Of a stretch of 64,000 bases of DNA, positions 1 to 22,700 are shown one piece after another; within the stretch, counting starts at the first letter, position 1; every line of letters starts with the position of its first letter. The stretch covers positions 128,001 through 192,000 of the forward strand of contig CBDBCZ010000008.1 of assembly GCA_965203295.1 (NCBI GenBank), read 5' to 3'. The translations under genes were made by a program, and so were the position numbers. Below the pieces are notes generated by a model. The model searched no databases, was not told the origin of the DNA, and saw only the letters and a program-made list of their open reading frames with translations. The stretch comes from Nitrospirales bacterium. GTDB taxonomy: Bacteria > Nitrospirota > Nitrospiria > Nitrospirales > UBA8639.

Positions 1-3056
<3,056 letters not shown>

Positions 3057-3351
3057 GGGTGCTTCATTAATTGTTTGTCCCATGCATGTTCTGGCTATGC
3101 ACACGTATAGTACCATAATGACATTAGTGTTTTGAGAGTGACTATGTTTTAATTTCAGTGGATCAAACTTTTTGTAATACGCTCAGGACTGGTGTTTAAT
3201 GGAGACTGCACTCACTCGACGAGTGAATATCGTACTTGTACTGTTGTGATTTTTAATTGTCAGCATGCTTCTCTGTCTTTTTGCCAATTTTTTAATGCGA
3301 ACCTCAGGTATGAAATAATTATGATCACTGAACCAACTCATATTAATATAT

Positions 3352-3456
3352 TAGCCTCGTCCCTTCTACTCTTGGCTTTGCGAACGTGATTTTAGATCCC
3401 AGGCCCTGTGACAGTTTTGTGTAACCAAAAATGGCACAGGCCTGGGAACGAGGCTA
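3352..3456. mobile_element. TAGCCTCG...CGAGGCTA MITE (degenerate)
   Basis: Terminal inverted repeats; flanks ttaatatat / ttcatatac (7/9 match). Confidence 0.6.
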
Positions 3457-4303
3457 TTCATATACTTATATACATGTATATACATGTAGAGGGTGTGGTT
3501 AAAGCTGGAAGTTGTTCATACAGTGCCAGTATATCAACACCAGGCCTCCTGCATTGATAGACTTTACTTTGTGCATGAAAACTAAAGGTATCCTAATCAT
3601 TATTACTACACTCACTAGCTTGAGGCCTAAAAAACTAAAACAGTCCTTATACCTATCCTAACCTACGGAACTATATCTACACTACTACAACCCCTTACAT
3701 CACAATCTAGTTAAGCATATGACCTATCAAGAACAATAAAATCGAAATGGGCAAATTAGAAAGTAGACAAATAGAAATCAGTAAATAGAGAAATAGTGAG
3801 AAGAATAGAAATAGTAGAAAGAGCTCTGATCGTAACCAAGAGAACCCGGGACCCGGAAAGAACCAGAGACCACCCAGCCCGTGACCGCAGAAAGTTAAAA
3901 ATTTGAAAATAGTTAAAAAGTTTCTTAAAAAAAGTTAAAAAAGGGGACCAAATAGGTCTTCCCTCTGTTAAAAAACCTTTTGGAGAAATCCCATGGTCTC
4001 GGCTTAACTGTAAGGTCTTACTGAGACCAGCAGGAGCCTCCTAGAAAAAGTTAAAAAGGTTAAAAAGCTTATGAAACATTAAAAATTGTAAGAGCGGCCC
4101 CGAACCAAGCAGCCCCCAGCCCCCCCCCCCCCCATGTACATGTTAGTTTTAGCCATACATCGAGTAGCTGATATGAGCAGCATCCTTCAAATGATTTTTC
4201 TTGAACAAATACAAACATCAACATGATTGTAAGAAGGAATAATATGCGATTGACTGACCGACTAGCTGACACTAGTCTCCCGTTTCCCCCTGCTTGCTTT
4301 TAG

Positions 4304-7002
4304 TCAAGAATCATCGTTGTTCAGTGTGGGAAAACTGTACTTGCTCTCCTTGAGGACTGCTTGCAATCTCTTTTGCCTCAGCTGATAAATATGTGTCAGT
4401 GTTAATGGACAAAGATGGTACAGTAGTTTTTATTAAACTTTACGACAGCAATCCAGAACCGGTAAAACCACAGCTAGTGTAATTGGTTTGATTCAAGAAC
4501 TTGGCCACCTTCTTTCAGAAAGGATTTTAAGGCCCATTAAGCTCTCACCCGTTAGATCTAAAGCTTGCAAAGTAGTGAAAACTGCTGTACTGGTTATACT
4601 CTCTACCTCCGAATGTCATCTTTTGTTGACATTATGAATAATTAATAAGCTATGGGGAAAAAAAACGAGGAAAAAAAGGTACACATTATGGCAATCGGAA
4701 CCAGTGACTCTGGCATTCAAAAGCGAAGACTGCAGCATTCCGCTATACAATTTTCTGCCGATTATGATGTCAAACGTATAGTAAAAACAAGTGGGACAGC
4801 TAAATTTTTTTCACATACAAAGAAAACATCCACTAACTAAGCGAATGTGCTTACCAACTGCTGCTTTGCCCTGTGCAGTTTCTTCCTGTGTGGTCTCATG
4901 GCTTTTGTCAGCTCTTGGTCTCTGGCCAGCTCCTCTTGACGCTCCAGACTGGCCGGCGCCACTTTACTGAAGGAAGGTAAGGATTCATATATTGTACACT
5001 CATAGAAACATTTTGTAGTACTTCCTGTATACGAGTGAAACCTTCCAAAAATGGGTGATATTGAATGGGCTTGATGACTAAGTCTTTAGGATACTTCCTC
5101 AGGGCAGCTGCTGACAGCTCACTGCCCCACTGATGAGTGCCTGTCATAGCTGCGAATAATTGTTGCTGATGAAAACACTCGAGATGACATAGCATGGCTC
5201 ATAAAAGCCTATGGCAATAATCAGAGCCGAGTTCTGAGCGTATAATTTTGTACGTGTTATATGGGGCCGCCATTTTTTTCCCATGCCATCCCTACATATG
5301 GAGTACAGTAACTCCATGATACTCAACAGTAGTTGTTGAATCACTTCTGTTGTAGTTAAACAGCTAATAAGCAAGTGACAGTAAGACAGTGATGCCATCA
5401 AAAGATATAGTGTACACAGACAACAATGCAAACCAGGTGCACAATCTTATCTAACCTCAACACACATCATGGCAGTGCAAAAAACTACATTGTATAGTTA
5501 ACCTGTTGGGGATATATACTAGGAAGAATAGAACATCCTCTGAACCACAGAATACGACACACTTAATATGACTACCAGGATTCATTTCACCATTGCTCTA
5601 CAGCTCTCTATCAACTCTCAATAAATCATCGTGGTATACACTTTTAAGTTTGTGATTTTATGTTACTTACCATTGACTTGTATCCTAGTGTCTGCTGTAT
5701 TTGTACATGTATAACGTATTATTTTCTTTTTGTTTTAATCCAACTTTATTAGATTTGGACCCCCCCCCCCCCCCACACACACACACACGTACCCTATGAG
5801 AGCTGTCTTCACGTTGAAGAGTCTTGCCAGTGTGTTAACTGTCCAAAGAGACCCATCTTCATTGCGGAGTTTCTTCACCAGAGCTATCTATCATAAAGCA
5901 AAGCAGTGGATAGATAGATACCGGCAAATAGGAATCAAATAAGTCACCTAACTACATGTATGTGACAGGGATCAATCAAACTCAAACTTGGTAGTACTAC
6001 AGTGGATTTTAATACCATTCGAACATTACATATTACGTGAATACAGTGTGAGAGTTAGAGGCAGCAACCTCTGTACAGAAACGGTATGGCCTGGAACATG
6101 CTGAGGTCCCGGACCCATACCAACACTGTGCGTGAATCTCTCACATGCAGAATACAGTTATCGTGAAACTCTATAGGACACGTGATTTTCAAACAAAACT
6201 AAAAATCCGGTGTAAAAATCCGCTGAACCAGCTAGCTGTTCAGACATGTGATCGTCATATTGTAGTTTCGGAAGGTGTCCTAAAAGTGTCATCACTGCTT
6301 GCCAGCCAGTTCAGCCCAGTTTGAAGAAGGAAGTAGCTTATAACTTCCAGAGTAAAATAAAACAAATAAACAACGAAACACTAACCTGCTCAGGGGTCAA
6401 GCTTTTGCTACGTTTATCAAGTGCTGGCTTGTATGGTCTCAGACGCTAGAGAGAAAAGAGAAAATGAAGGACTAGAGATGGTAGGCACATTCTGTGAATC
6501 AGTGCTATTAATAAATTGCATCACACGTTCTATAAATTGTGCTAAGCATCCTGTAGATCTATAACTGGTGCAGCACTAACTCTATCTCTAATTCTAACCC
6601 TCGCCCCAACCCTAACCTAAATTGCCATAGCTAGATTTTCTAAAAGCGCAGTACAATTCATAAACTGCATAAAAATACAAAAATGCACCCAACAGACACA
6701 AAATCTTTGCTAAACCGATTTAAGATAGAGTTTTAATAATTAAACAGCATACGCACGTACCTTGGAGTCCTCAAATGCCATTTCTTTTGTGGGGTGATAA
6801 CACATGATAGTGTCTCCGTCAGGCGTATATGCCTGGTATTCCACTCCCTGCCGCTGAGGTAGAGAGCCACTGGGAAAATGGAGGATAGATGTAAAAATAA
6901 GTAGGGATACCAATTACGTGTTCACTCCAGTATACACATACCTGCACAGTGATCTGAGCAGCGGTAGTCTTGTGAGTCTTTGTGTACTGCAGGATATCCA
7001 AC
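4304..7002 (-). CDS. Putative mitochondrial large-subunit ribosomal protein with mL42-like N-terminal motif and mL58(MrpL20)-like C-terminal domain; first exon unresolved
   Basis: Exons (minus) 7002-6942, 6869-6761, 6445-6386, 5887-5793, 4966-4855, 4381-4304, all GT-AG and phase-consistent. Protein: WISCSTQRLTRLPLLRSLCSGSLPQRQGVEYQAYTPDGDTIMCYHPTKEMAFEDSKRLRPYKPALDKRSKSLTPEQIALVKKLRNEDGSLWTVNTLARLFNVKTALIGKVAPASLERQEELARDQELTKAMRPHRKKLHRAKQQLLRQKRLQAVLKESKYSFPTLNNDDS*. The R/L/S-rich, acid-free N-terminus resembles a mitochondrial presequence. Confidence 0.78.
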
Positions 7003-7688
7003 CTATTGAGAAAAAGTAGCATTTTAAAAAAGACACCAGGGTGATATTGAGGATCTATTCTCTACAGCTACAATGTAAACTCTGGTTGCGGAAGGCCTTA
7101 ATACAACACTAGTACTAGAAGTGGATCCCTAAGACAGGCTAGTAGCTATCTCGTCTATGGGAGAGAGATTAGGTATCGAAACAATCCCACTCACAGCGAA
7201 TGCCTAATGGCTTACGGATGCCCTAGTCATTAGTCTCGCGTGACCAGACTCTCGACTTTCTCGTCGAGAGTCTGGTCACACGAGACTACCTGGTCATGTG
7301 TATGGAACCTCCCAGCATGGAAAGAGTAGCACTGAACAAACTGTAACCATGTGCGAGAATTAGGGTCAGGTTAAGGCCAGGGCTAGACTATGCAATTATT
7401 CACGTCATAATTTTTCATGGCTTGTCGGTTGATCTCCAGCATGCAGGGATACACCAATTCACTGGCCAGGTGTAGGTCTTATGGATGATTAAAATTCATG
7501 GGAGTTGGGGATCTACCGACCCCAGACCCTCTTTCCCTTATAGCTGACCGGCCTCTCTTACCCCATCCACATCTTCTGCAAACGGAAAGGGACTTCAAAA
7601 CACCACCACTTGCCCACGCCATATCTCTCCTCCCGACCACGTGAACTTCCCAAAATTAGTAGGAGCTTCCTCCCAGTGCATAAATAGC
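7003..7688. promoter_or_regulatory. Probable compact divergent promoter / 5' region shared by the mitoribosomal gene (-) and GGT (+)
   Basis: Head-to-head arrangement with <700 bp between the last resolved exon and the GGT ATG. A GTGAGT donor at 7194-7189 (minus) marks a candidate upstream exon. No specific promoter motif is claimed. Confidence 0.4.
7231..7288. mobile_element. 58-bp hairpin MITE (TAGTCTCG...CGAGACTA) with 9-bp TSD
   Basis: 26-bp arms with 1 mismatch and a 6-nt loop; flanks cctagtcat / cctggtcat. Confidence 0.8.
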
Positions 7689-15852
<8,164 letters not shown>

Positions 15853-16111
15853 CTGGCCCCATTTTTTTTTACTGACTTAATTGGCTGTGAAAATATTGAG
15901 GTTGAGTGTACAGTGGATTGTGTGGTATGTAATTGGGCCTGTCGAATTTTTTTATGCTATGTATACTATTTGTTGGGTTTTTCTTTTGGTTGTATTGCAT
16001 GTGGTGATTATGCCATTGCAAACTCTGTTTATGGGCATCTTTATTATCATCATTAGTGTTGTACTTGTGGTTGATAAAAAAAAAAATTGTAAGGTCCTTG
16101 AGAGTATATAT

Positions 16112-16318
16112 CAGGGTTCTGCCCACACTGGTCGGCAGTGGTCGGGTCTAACCACCACTGAGCTTTTTTGACCACCACTCAGCCTCTTTGACCACCACTC
16201 AGCTAATGTTTAACTCTATTACAGTATTTTTGATATAGAAGAAAGTCTGTCTAGCTAGAAGAAATGTCTTGGAGATTGAATTTTGACCACCACTCAACGT
16301 CTCCTAGGCAGAACCCTG
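16112..16318. mobile_element. hAT-like MITE with CAGGGTTCTGCC TIRs and internal GACCACCACTCA repeats
   Basis: 12-bp TIR at both ends, TATATA-rich flanks, ACCACCACT motif repeated four times. Confidence 0.7.
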
Positions 16319-16779
16319 ATATATACAGAACTGTTTGCGTTGCGTAGCATAATAGGTAATTACAAACTGGTCCCCAGTGTGTAAGGGGAACAGCCTGGCA
16401 TTCGAAACCAAAATATCTTATACCATGCACAGGTTCTCTCAAACTGTTCAGCGTTGCATGTAGCTACAGAATTCGAAGCTGCATATAATTTCTCCGCAAG
16501 CAAAGCAAGAGACTCACGTCTGTGCTCACTACGAGCCTTGGCTGGCTCAGTCCTGTACAGCACCAGTCCGCTAGCTTGGCGGGTATACACTGCCTGCTGA
16601 GACAAACTGGTATCCCGAACCAGTATGGGAACGAGACCACGCCCAGTATAGGAACGAGACCACGCCAAGCCTGGTCTTAGGCACCATACACACAATCAGA
16701 TGGCCACTGTTTTTCAAGGCAATGCTTTTAACATGATTAAAATTCTTAAAAAAACACCGGGAAATAGAATTTCCTGGGG

Positions 16780-19700
16780 GGCCGTCAGGAATTTTTGTTC
16801 CCCGGGGAACGAAATTTCACGATGGATCAGCCGGGAATTTTTGTTCCCCGGGGAACGCAATTTTTCGGTGGATCAGCCGGTAATTTTAGTTCCCCGGGGA
16901 ACGGAATTTCACGATGGATCTGTTGGAAATTTTCGTTCCCCGGGGAACGGAATTTTTCGGTGAATCAGCCAGGAATTTTTGTTCACCGGAGAACGAAATT
17001 TCACGGCGGATCAGCCGGGAATTTTTGTTCCCCGGGGAACGGAATTTTTCGGTGAATCAGCCGGTAATTTTTGTTCCCCGGGGAACGAAATTTCACGGTG
17101 GATCTGTTGGAAATTTTCGTTCCCCGGGGAACGGAATTTTTCGGTTGAATCAGCCGGTAATTTTCGTTCCCCGGGGAACAAAATTTCACGGTGGACCTGT
17201 TGGAAATTTTCGTTCCCCGGGGAACGAAATTTCACGGTGGATCTGTTGGAAATTTTCGTTCCCCGGGTAACGAAATTTCACGGTGGATCAGTTGGAAATT
17301 TTCGTTCCCCGGGAACGGAATTTTTCGGTTTAATCAGCCGGTAATTTTCGTTCCCCGGGGAACGAAATTTCACGGTGGATCTGTTGGAAATTTTCGTTCC
17401 CCGGGGAACGGAATTTTTCGGTTGAATCAGCCGGTAATTTTCGTTCCCCGGGGAATGAAATTTCACGGTGGATCTGTTGGAAATTTTCGTTCCCCGGGAA
17501 CGAAATTTCACGGTGGATCAGTTGGTAATTTTCGTTCCCCGGGGAACGAAATTTTACGGTGGATCTGTTGAAAATTTTCGTTCCCCGGGGAACGGAATTT
17601 CTCGGTGGATCAGCCGGGAATTTTCGTTCCCCGGGGAACGAAATTTCACGGTGGATCAGTTGGTAATTTTCGTTTCCCGGGGAACGAAATTTCACGGTGG
17701 ATCTGTTGAAAATTTTCGTTCCCCAGGGAACGAAATTTCACGGTGGATCTGTTGGAAATTTTCGTTCCCCGGGGAACGAAATTTCACGGTGGATCTGTTG
17801 GAAATTTTCGTTCCCCGGGGAACGGAATTTTTCGGTGGATCAGCCGGAAATTTTCGTTCCCCGGGGAACTAAATTTCACGGTGGATCTGTTGGAAATTTT
17901 CGTTCCCCGGGGAACAAAATTTCACGGTGGATCTGTTAAAAATTTTCGTTCCCCGGGGAACAGAATTTTTCGATGGATCAGCCGGGAATTTTCGTTCCCC
18001 GGGGAACGAAATTTCACGGTGGATCAGTTGGTAATTTTCGTTTCCCGGGGAACGAAATTTCACGGTGGATCTGTTGAAAATTTTCGTTCCCCAGGGAACG
18101 AAATTTCACGGTGGATCAGTTGGTAATTTTCGTTTCCCGGGGAACGAAATTTCACGGTGGATCTGTTGAAAATTTTCGTTCCCCGGAGAACGAAATTTCA
18201 CGGTGGATCTGTTGGAAATTTTCGTTCCCCGGGGAACGAAATTTCACGGTGGATCTGTTAAAAATTTTCGTTCCCCAGAAAACAGAATTTTTCGGTGGAT
18301 CAGCCGGGAATTTTCGTTCCCCGGGGAACGAAATTTCACGGTGGATCTGTTGGAAATTTTCGTTCCCCGGAGAACGAAATTTCACGGTGGATCTGTTGAA
18401 AATTTTCGTTCCCCAGGGAACGAAATTTCACGGTGGATCAGTTGGTAATTTTCGTTTCCCGGGGAACGAAATTTCACGGTGGATCTGTTGAAAATTTTCG
18501 TTCCCCGGAGAACGAAATTTCACGGTGGATCTGTTGGAAATTTTCGTTCCCCGGGGAACGAAATTTCACGGTGGATCTGTTAAAAATTTTCGTTCCCCAG
18601 AAAACAGAATTTTTCGGTGGATCAGCCGGGAATTTTCGTTCCCCGGGGAACGAAATTTCACGGTGGATCTGTTGGAAATTTTCGTTCCCCGGAGGACGAA
18701 ATTTCACGGTGGATCTGTTGGAAATTTTCGTTCCCTGGGGAACGGAATTTTTTGGTGGATCAGCCGGGAATTTTCGTTCCCCGGGGAACGAAATTTCACG
18801 GTGGATCTGTTGGAAATTTTCGTTCCCCGGGGAACAAAATTTCACGGTGGATCTGTTAAAAATTTTCGTTCCCCGGGGAACAGAATTTTTCGATGGATCA
18901 GCCGGGAATTTTCGTTCCCCGGGGAACGAAATTTCACGGTGGATCAGTTGGTAATTTTCGTTTCCCGGGGAACGAAATTTCACGGTGGATCTGTTGAAAA
19001 TTTTCGTTCCCCAGGGAACGAAATTTCACGGTGGATCAGTTGGTAATTTTCGTTTCCCGGGGAACGAAATTTCACGGTGGATCTGTTGAAAATTTTCGTT
19101 CCCCGGAGAACGAAATTTCACGGTGGATCTGTTGGAAATTTTCGTTCCCCGGGGAACGAAATTTCACGGTGGATCTGTTAAAAATTTTCGTTCCCCAGAA
19201 AACAGAATTTTTCGGTGGATCAGCCGGGAATTTTCGTTCCCCGGGGAACGAAATTTCACGGTGGATCTGTTGGAAATTTTCGTTCCCCGGAGAACGAAAT
19301 TTCACGGTGGATCTGTTGGAAATTTTCGTTCCCTGGGGAACGGAATTTTTTGGTGGATCAGCCGGGAATTTTCGTTCCCCGGGGAACGAAATTTCACGGT
19401 GGATCTGTTGGAAATTTTCATTCCCCGGGGAACGGAATTTTTCGGTGGTTCAGCCGGGAATTTTCGTTCCCCGGGGAACGAAATTTCACGGTGGATCAGT
19501 TGGAAATTTTCGTTCCCCGGGGAACAAAATTTCACGGTGGATCTGTTGGAAATTTTCGTTCCCCGGGGAACGGAATTTTTCGGTGGATCAGCCGGGAATT
19601 TTCGTTCCCCGGGGAACGAAATTTCACGGTGGATCTGTTGGAAATTTTCGTTCCCCGGAGAACGAAATTTCACGGTGGATCTGTTGGAAATTTTCGTTCC

Positions 19701-22700
19701 CCGGGGAACAAAATTTCACGGTGGATCTGTTAAAAATTTTCGTTCCCCGGGGAACAGAATTTTTCGGTGGATCAGCCGGGAATTTTCGTTCCCCGGGGAA
19801 CGAAATTTCACGGTGGATCTGTTGGAAATTTTCGTTCCCCGGAGAACGAAATTTCATGGTGGATCTGTTGGAAATTTTCGTTCCCCGGGGAACGGAATTT
19901 TTCGGTGGATCAGCCGGGAATTTTCGTTCCCCGGGGAACGAAATTTCACGGTGGATCAGTTGGAAATTTTCGTTCCCCGGGGAACGGAATTTTTCGGTTG
20001 AATCAGCCAGTAATTTTCGTTCCCCGGAGAACGAAATTTCACGGTGGATCTGTTGGAATTTTTCGTTCCCCGGGGAACGTTTTTCGGTGAATCAGCCGGG
20101 AATTTTCGTTCCCCGGGGAACGAAATTTCACGGTGGATCTGTTGGAAATTTTCGTTCCCCGGGGAACAAAATTTCACGGTGGATCTGTTGGAAATTTTCG
20201 TTCCCCGGGGAACGGAATTTTTCGGTGGATCAGCCGGGAATTTTCGTTCCCCGGGGAACGAAATTTCACGGTGGATCTGTTGGAAATTTTCGTTCCCCGG
20301 AGAACGAAATTTCACGGTGGATCTGTTGGAAATTTTCGTTCCCCGGGGAACAAAATTTCACGGTGGATCTGTTAAAAATTTTCGTTCCCCGGGGAACAGA
20401 ATTTTTCGGTGGATCAGCCGGGAATTTTCGTTCCCCGGGGAACGAAATTTCACGGTGGATCTGTTGGAAATTTTCGTTCCCCGGAGAACGAAATTTCATG
20501 GTGGATCTGTTGGAAATTTTCGTTCCCCGGGGAACGGAATTTTTCGGTGGATCAGCCGGGAATTTTCGTTCCCCGGGGAACGAAATTTCACGGTGGATCA
20601 GTTGGAAATTTTCGTTCCCCGGGGAACGGAATTTTTCGGTTGAATCAGCCAGTAATTTTCGTTCCCCGGAGAACGAAATTTCACGGTGGATCTGTTGGAA
20701 TTTTTCGTTCCCCGGGGAACGTTTTTCGGTGAATCAGCCGGGAATTTTCGTTCCCCGGGGAACGAAATTTCACGGTGGATCTGTTGGAAATTTTCGTTCC
20801 CCGGGGAACGGAATTTTTCGGTGGATCAGCCGGAAATTTTCATTCCCCGGGGAACGAAATTTCACGGTGGATCTGTTGGAAATTTTCGTTCCCCGGGGAA
20901 CAAAATTTCACGGTGGATCTGTTAAAAATTTTCGTTCCCCGGGGAACAGAATTTTTCGGTGGATCAACCGGGAATTTTCGTTCCCCGGGGAACGAAATTT
21001 CACGGTGGATCTGTTGGAAATTTTCGTTCCCCGGAGAACGAAATTTCACGGTGGATCTGTTGGAAATTTTCGTTCCCCGGGGAACAAAATTTCACGGTGG
21101 ATCTGTTAAAAATTTTCGTTCCCCGGGGAACAGAATTTTTCGGTGGATCAGCCGGGAATTTTCGTTCCCCGGGGAACGAAATTTCACGGTGGATCTGTTG
21201 GAAATTTTCGTTCCCCGGAGAAAGAAATTTCATGGTGGATCTGTTGGAAATTTTCGTTCCCCGGGGAACGGAATTTTTCGGTGAATCAGCAGGGAATTTT
21301 CGTTCCCCGGGGAACGAAATTTCACGGTGGATCTGTTGGAAATTTTCGTTCCCCGGAGAACGAAATTTCACGGTGGATCTGTTGGAAATTTTCGTTCCCC
21401 GGGGAACAAAATTTCACGGTGGATCTGTTAAAAATTTTCGTTCCCCGGGGAACAGAATTTTTCGGTGGATCAGCCGGGAATTTTCGTTCCCCGGGGAACG
21501 AAATTTCACGGTGGATCTGTTGGAAATTTTCGTTCCCCGGAGAAAGAAATTTCATGGTGGATCTGTTGGAAATTTTCGTTCCCCGGGGAACGGAATTTTT
21601 CGGTGAATCAGCAGGGAATTTTCGTTCCCCGGGGAACGAAATTTCACGGTGGATCTGTTGGAAATTTTCGTTCCCCGGGGAACAGAATTTTTCGGTTGAA
21701 TCAGCCAGTAATTTTCGTTCCTCGGGGAACGAAATTTCACGGTGGATCTGTTGGAATTTTTCGTTCCCCGGGGAACGTTTTTCGGTGAATCAGCCGGGAA
21801 TTTTCGTTCCCCGGGGAACGAAATTTCACGGTGGATAAGTTGGAAATTTTCGTTCCCCAGGGAACGGAATTTTTCGGTTGAATCAGCCGGTAATTTTCGT
21901 TCCCCGGGGAACAAAATTTCACGGTGGATCAGTTGGAAATTTTCGTTCCCCGGGGAACGAAATTTCATGGTGGATCAGTTGGAAATTTTCGTTCCCCGGG
22001 AACGGAATTTTTCGGTTGAATCAGCCGGTAATTTTCGTTCCCCGGGGAACGAAATTTCACGGTGGATCTGTTGGAAATTTTCGTTCCCCGGGGAATGGAA
22101 TTTTTCGGTTGAATCAGCTGGTAATTTTCGTTCCCTGGGGAACGAAATTTCACGGTGGATCTGTTGGAAATTTTCGTTCCCCGGGGAACGAAATTTCACG
22201 GTGGATCTGTTAAAAATTTTCGTTCCCCGGAGAACGAAATTTCATGGTGGATCTGTTGGAAATTTTCGTTCCCCGAGGAACGGAATTTTTCGGTGGATCA
22301 GCCGGGAATTTTCGTTTCCCGGGGAACGAAATTTCACGGTGGATCTGTTGGAAATTTTCGTTCCCCGGGGAACGGAATTTCACGGTGGATCAGTTGGAAA
22401 TTTTCGTTCCCCGGGGAACAAAATTTCACGGTGGATCTGTTGGAAATTTTCGTTCCCCGGGGAACGGAATTTTTCGGTGGATCAGCCGGGAATTTTCGTT
22501 CCCCGGGGAACGAAATTTCACTGTGGATCTGTTGGAAATTTTCGTTCCCCGGGGAACGGAATTTTTCGGTTGAATCAGCCGGTAATTTTCGTTCCCTGGG
22601 GAACGAAATTTCACGGTGGATCTGTTGGAAATTTTCGTTCCCCGGGGAACGAAATTTCACGGTGGATCTGTTAAAAATTTTCATTCCCCGGGGAACAGAA

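Noticed and set aside
6588..6620. Telomere-like CCCTAA motifs
   Set aside because: Only one or two exact units in a degenerate stretch; too short to call an interstitial telomere.
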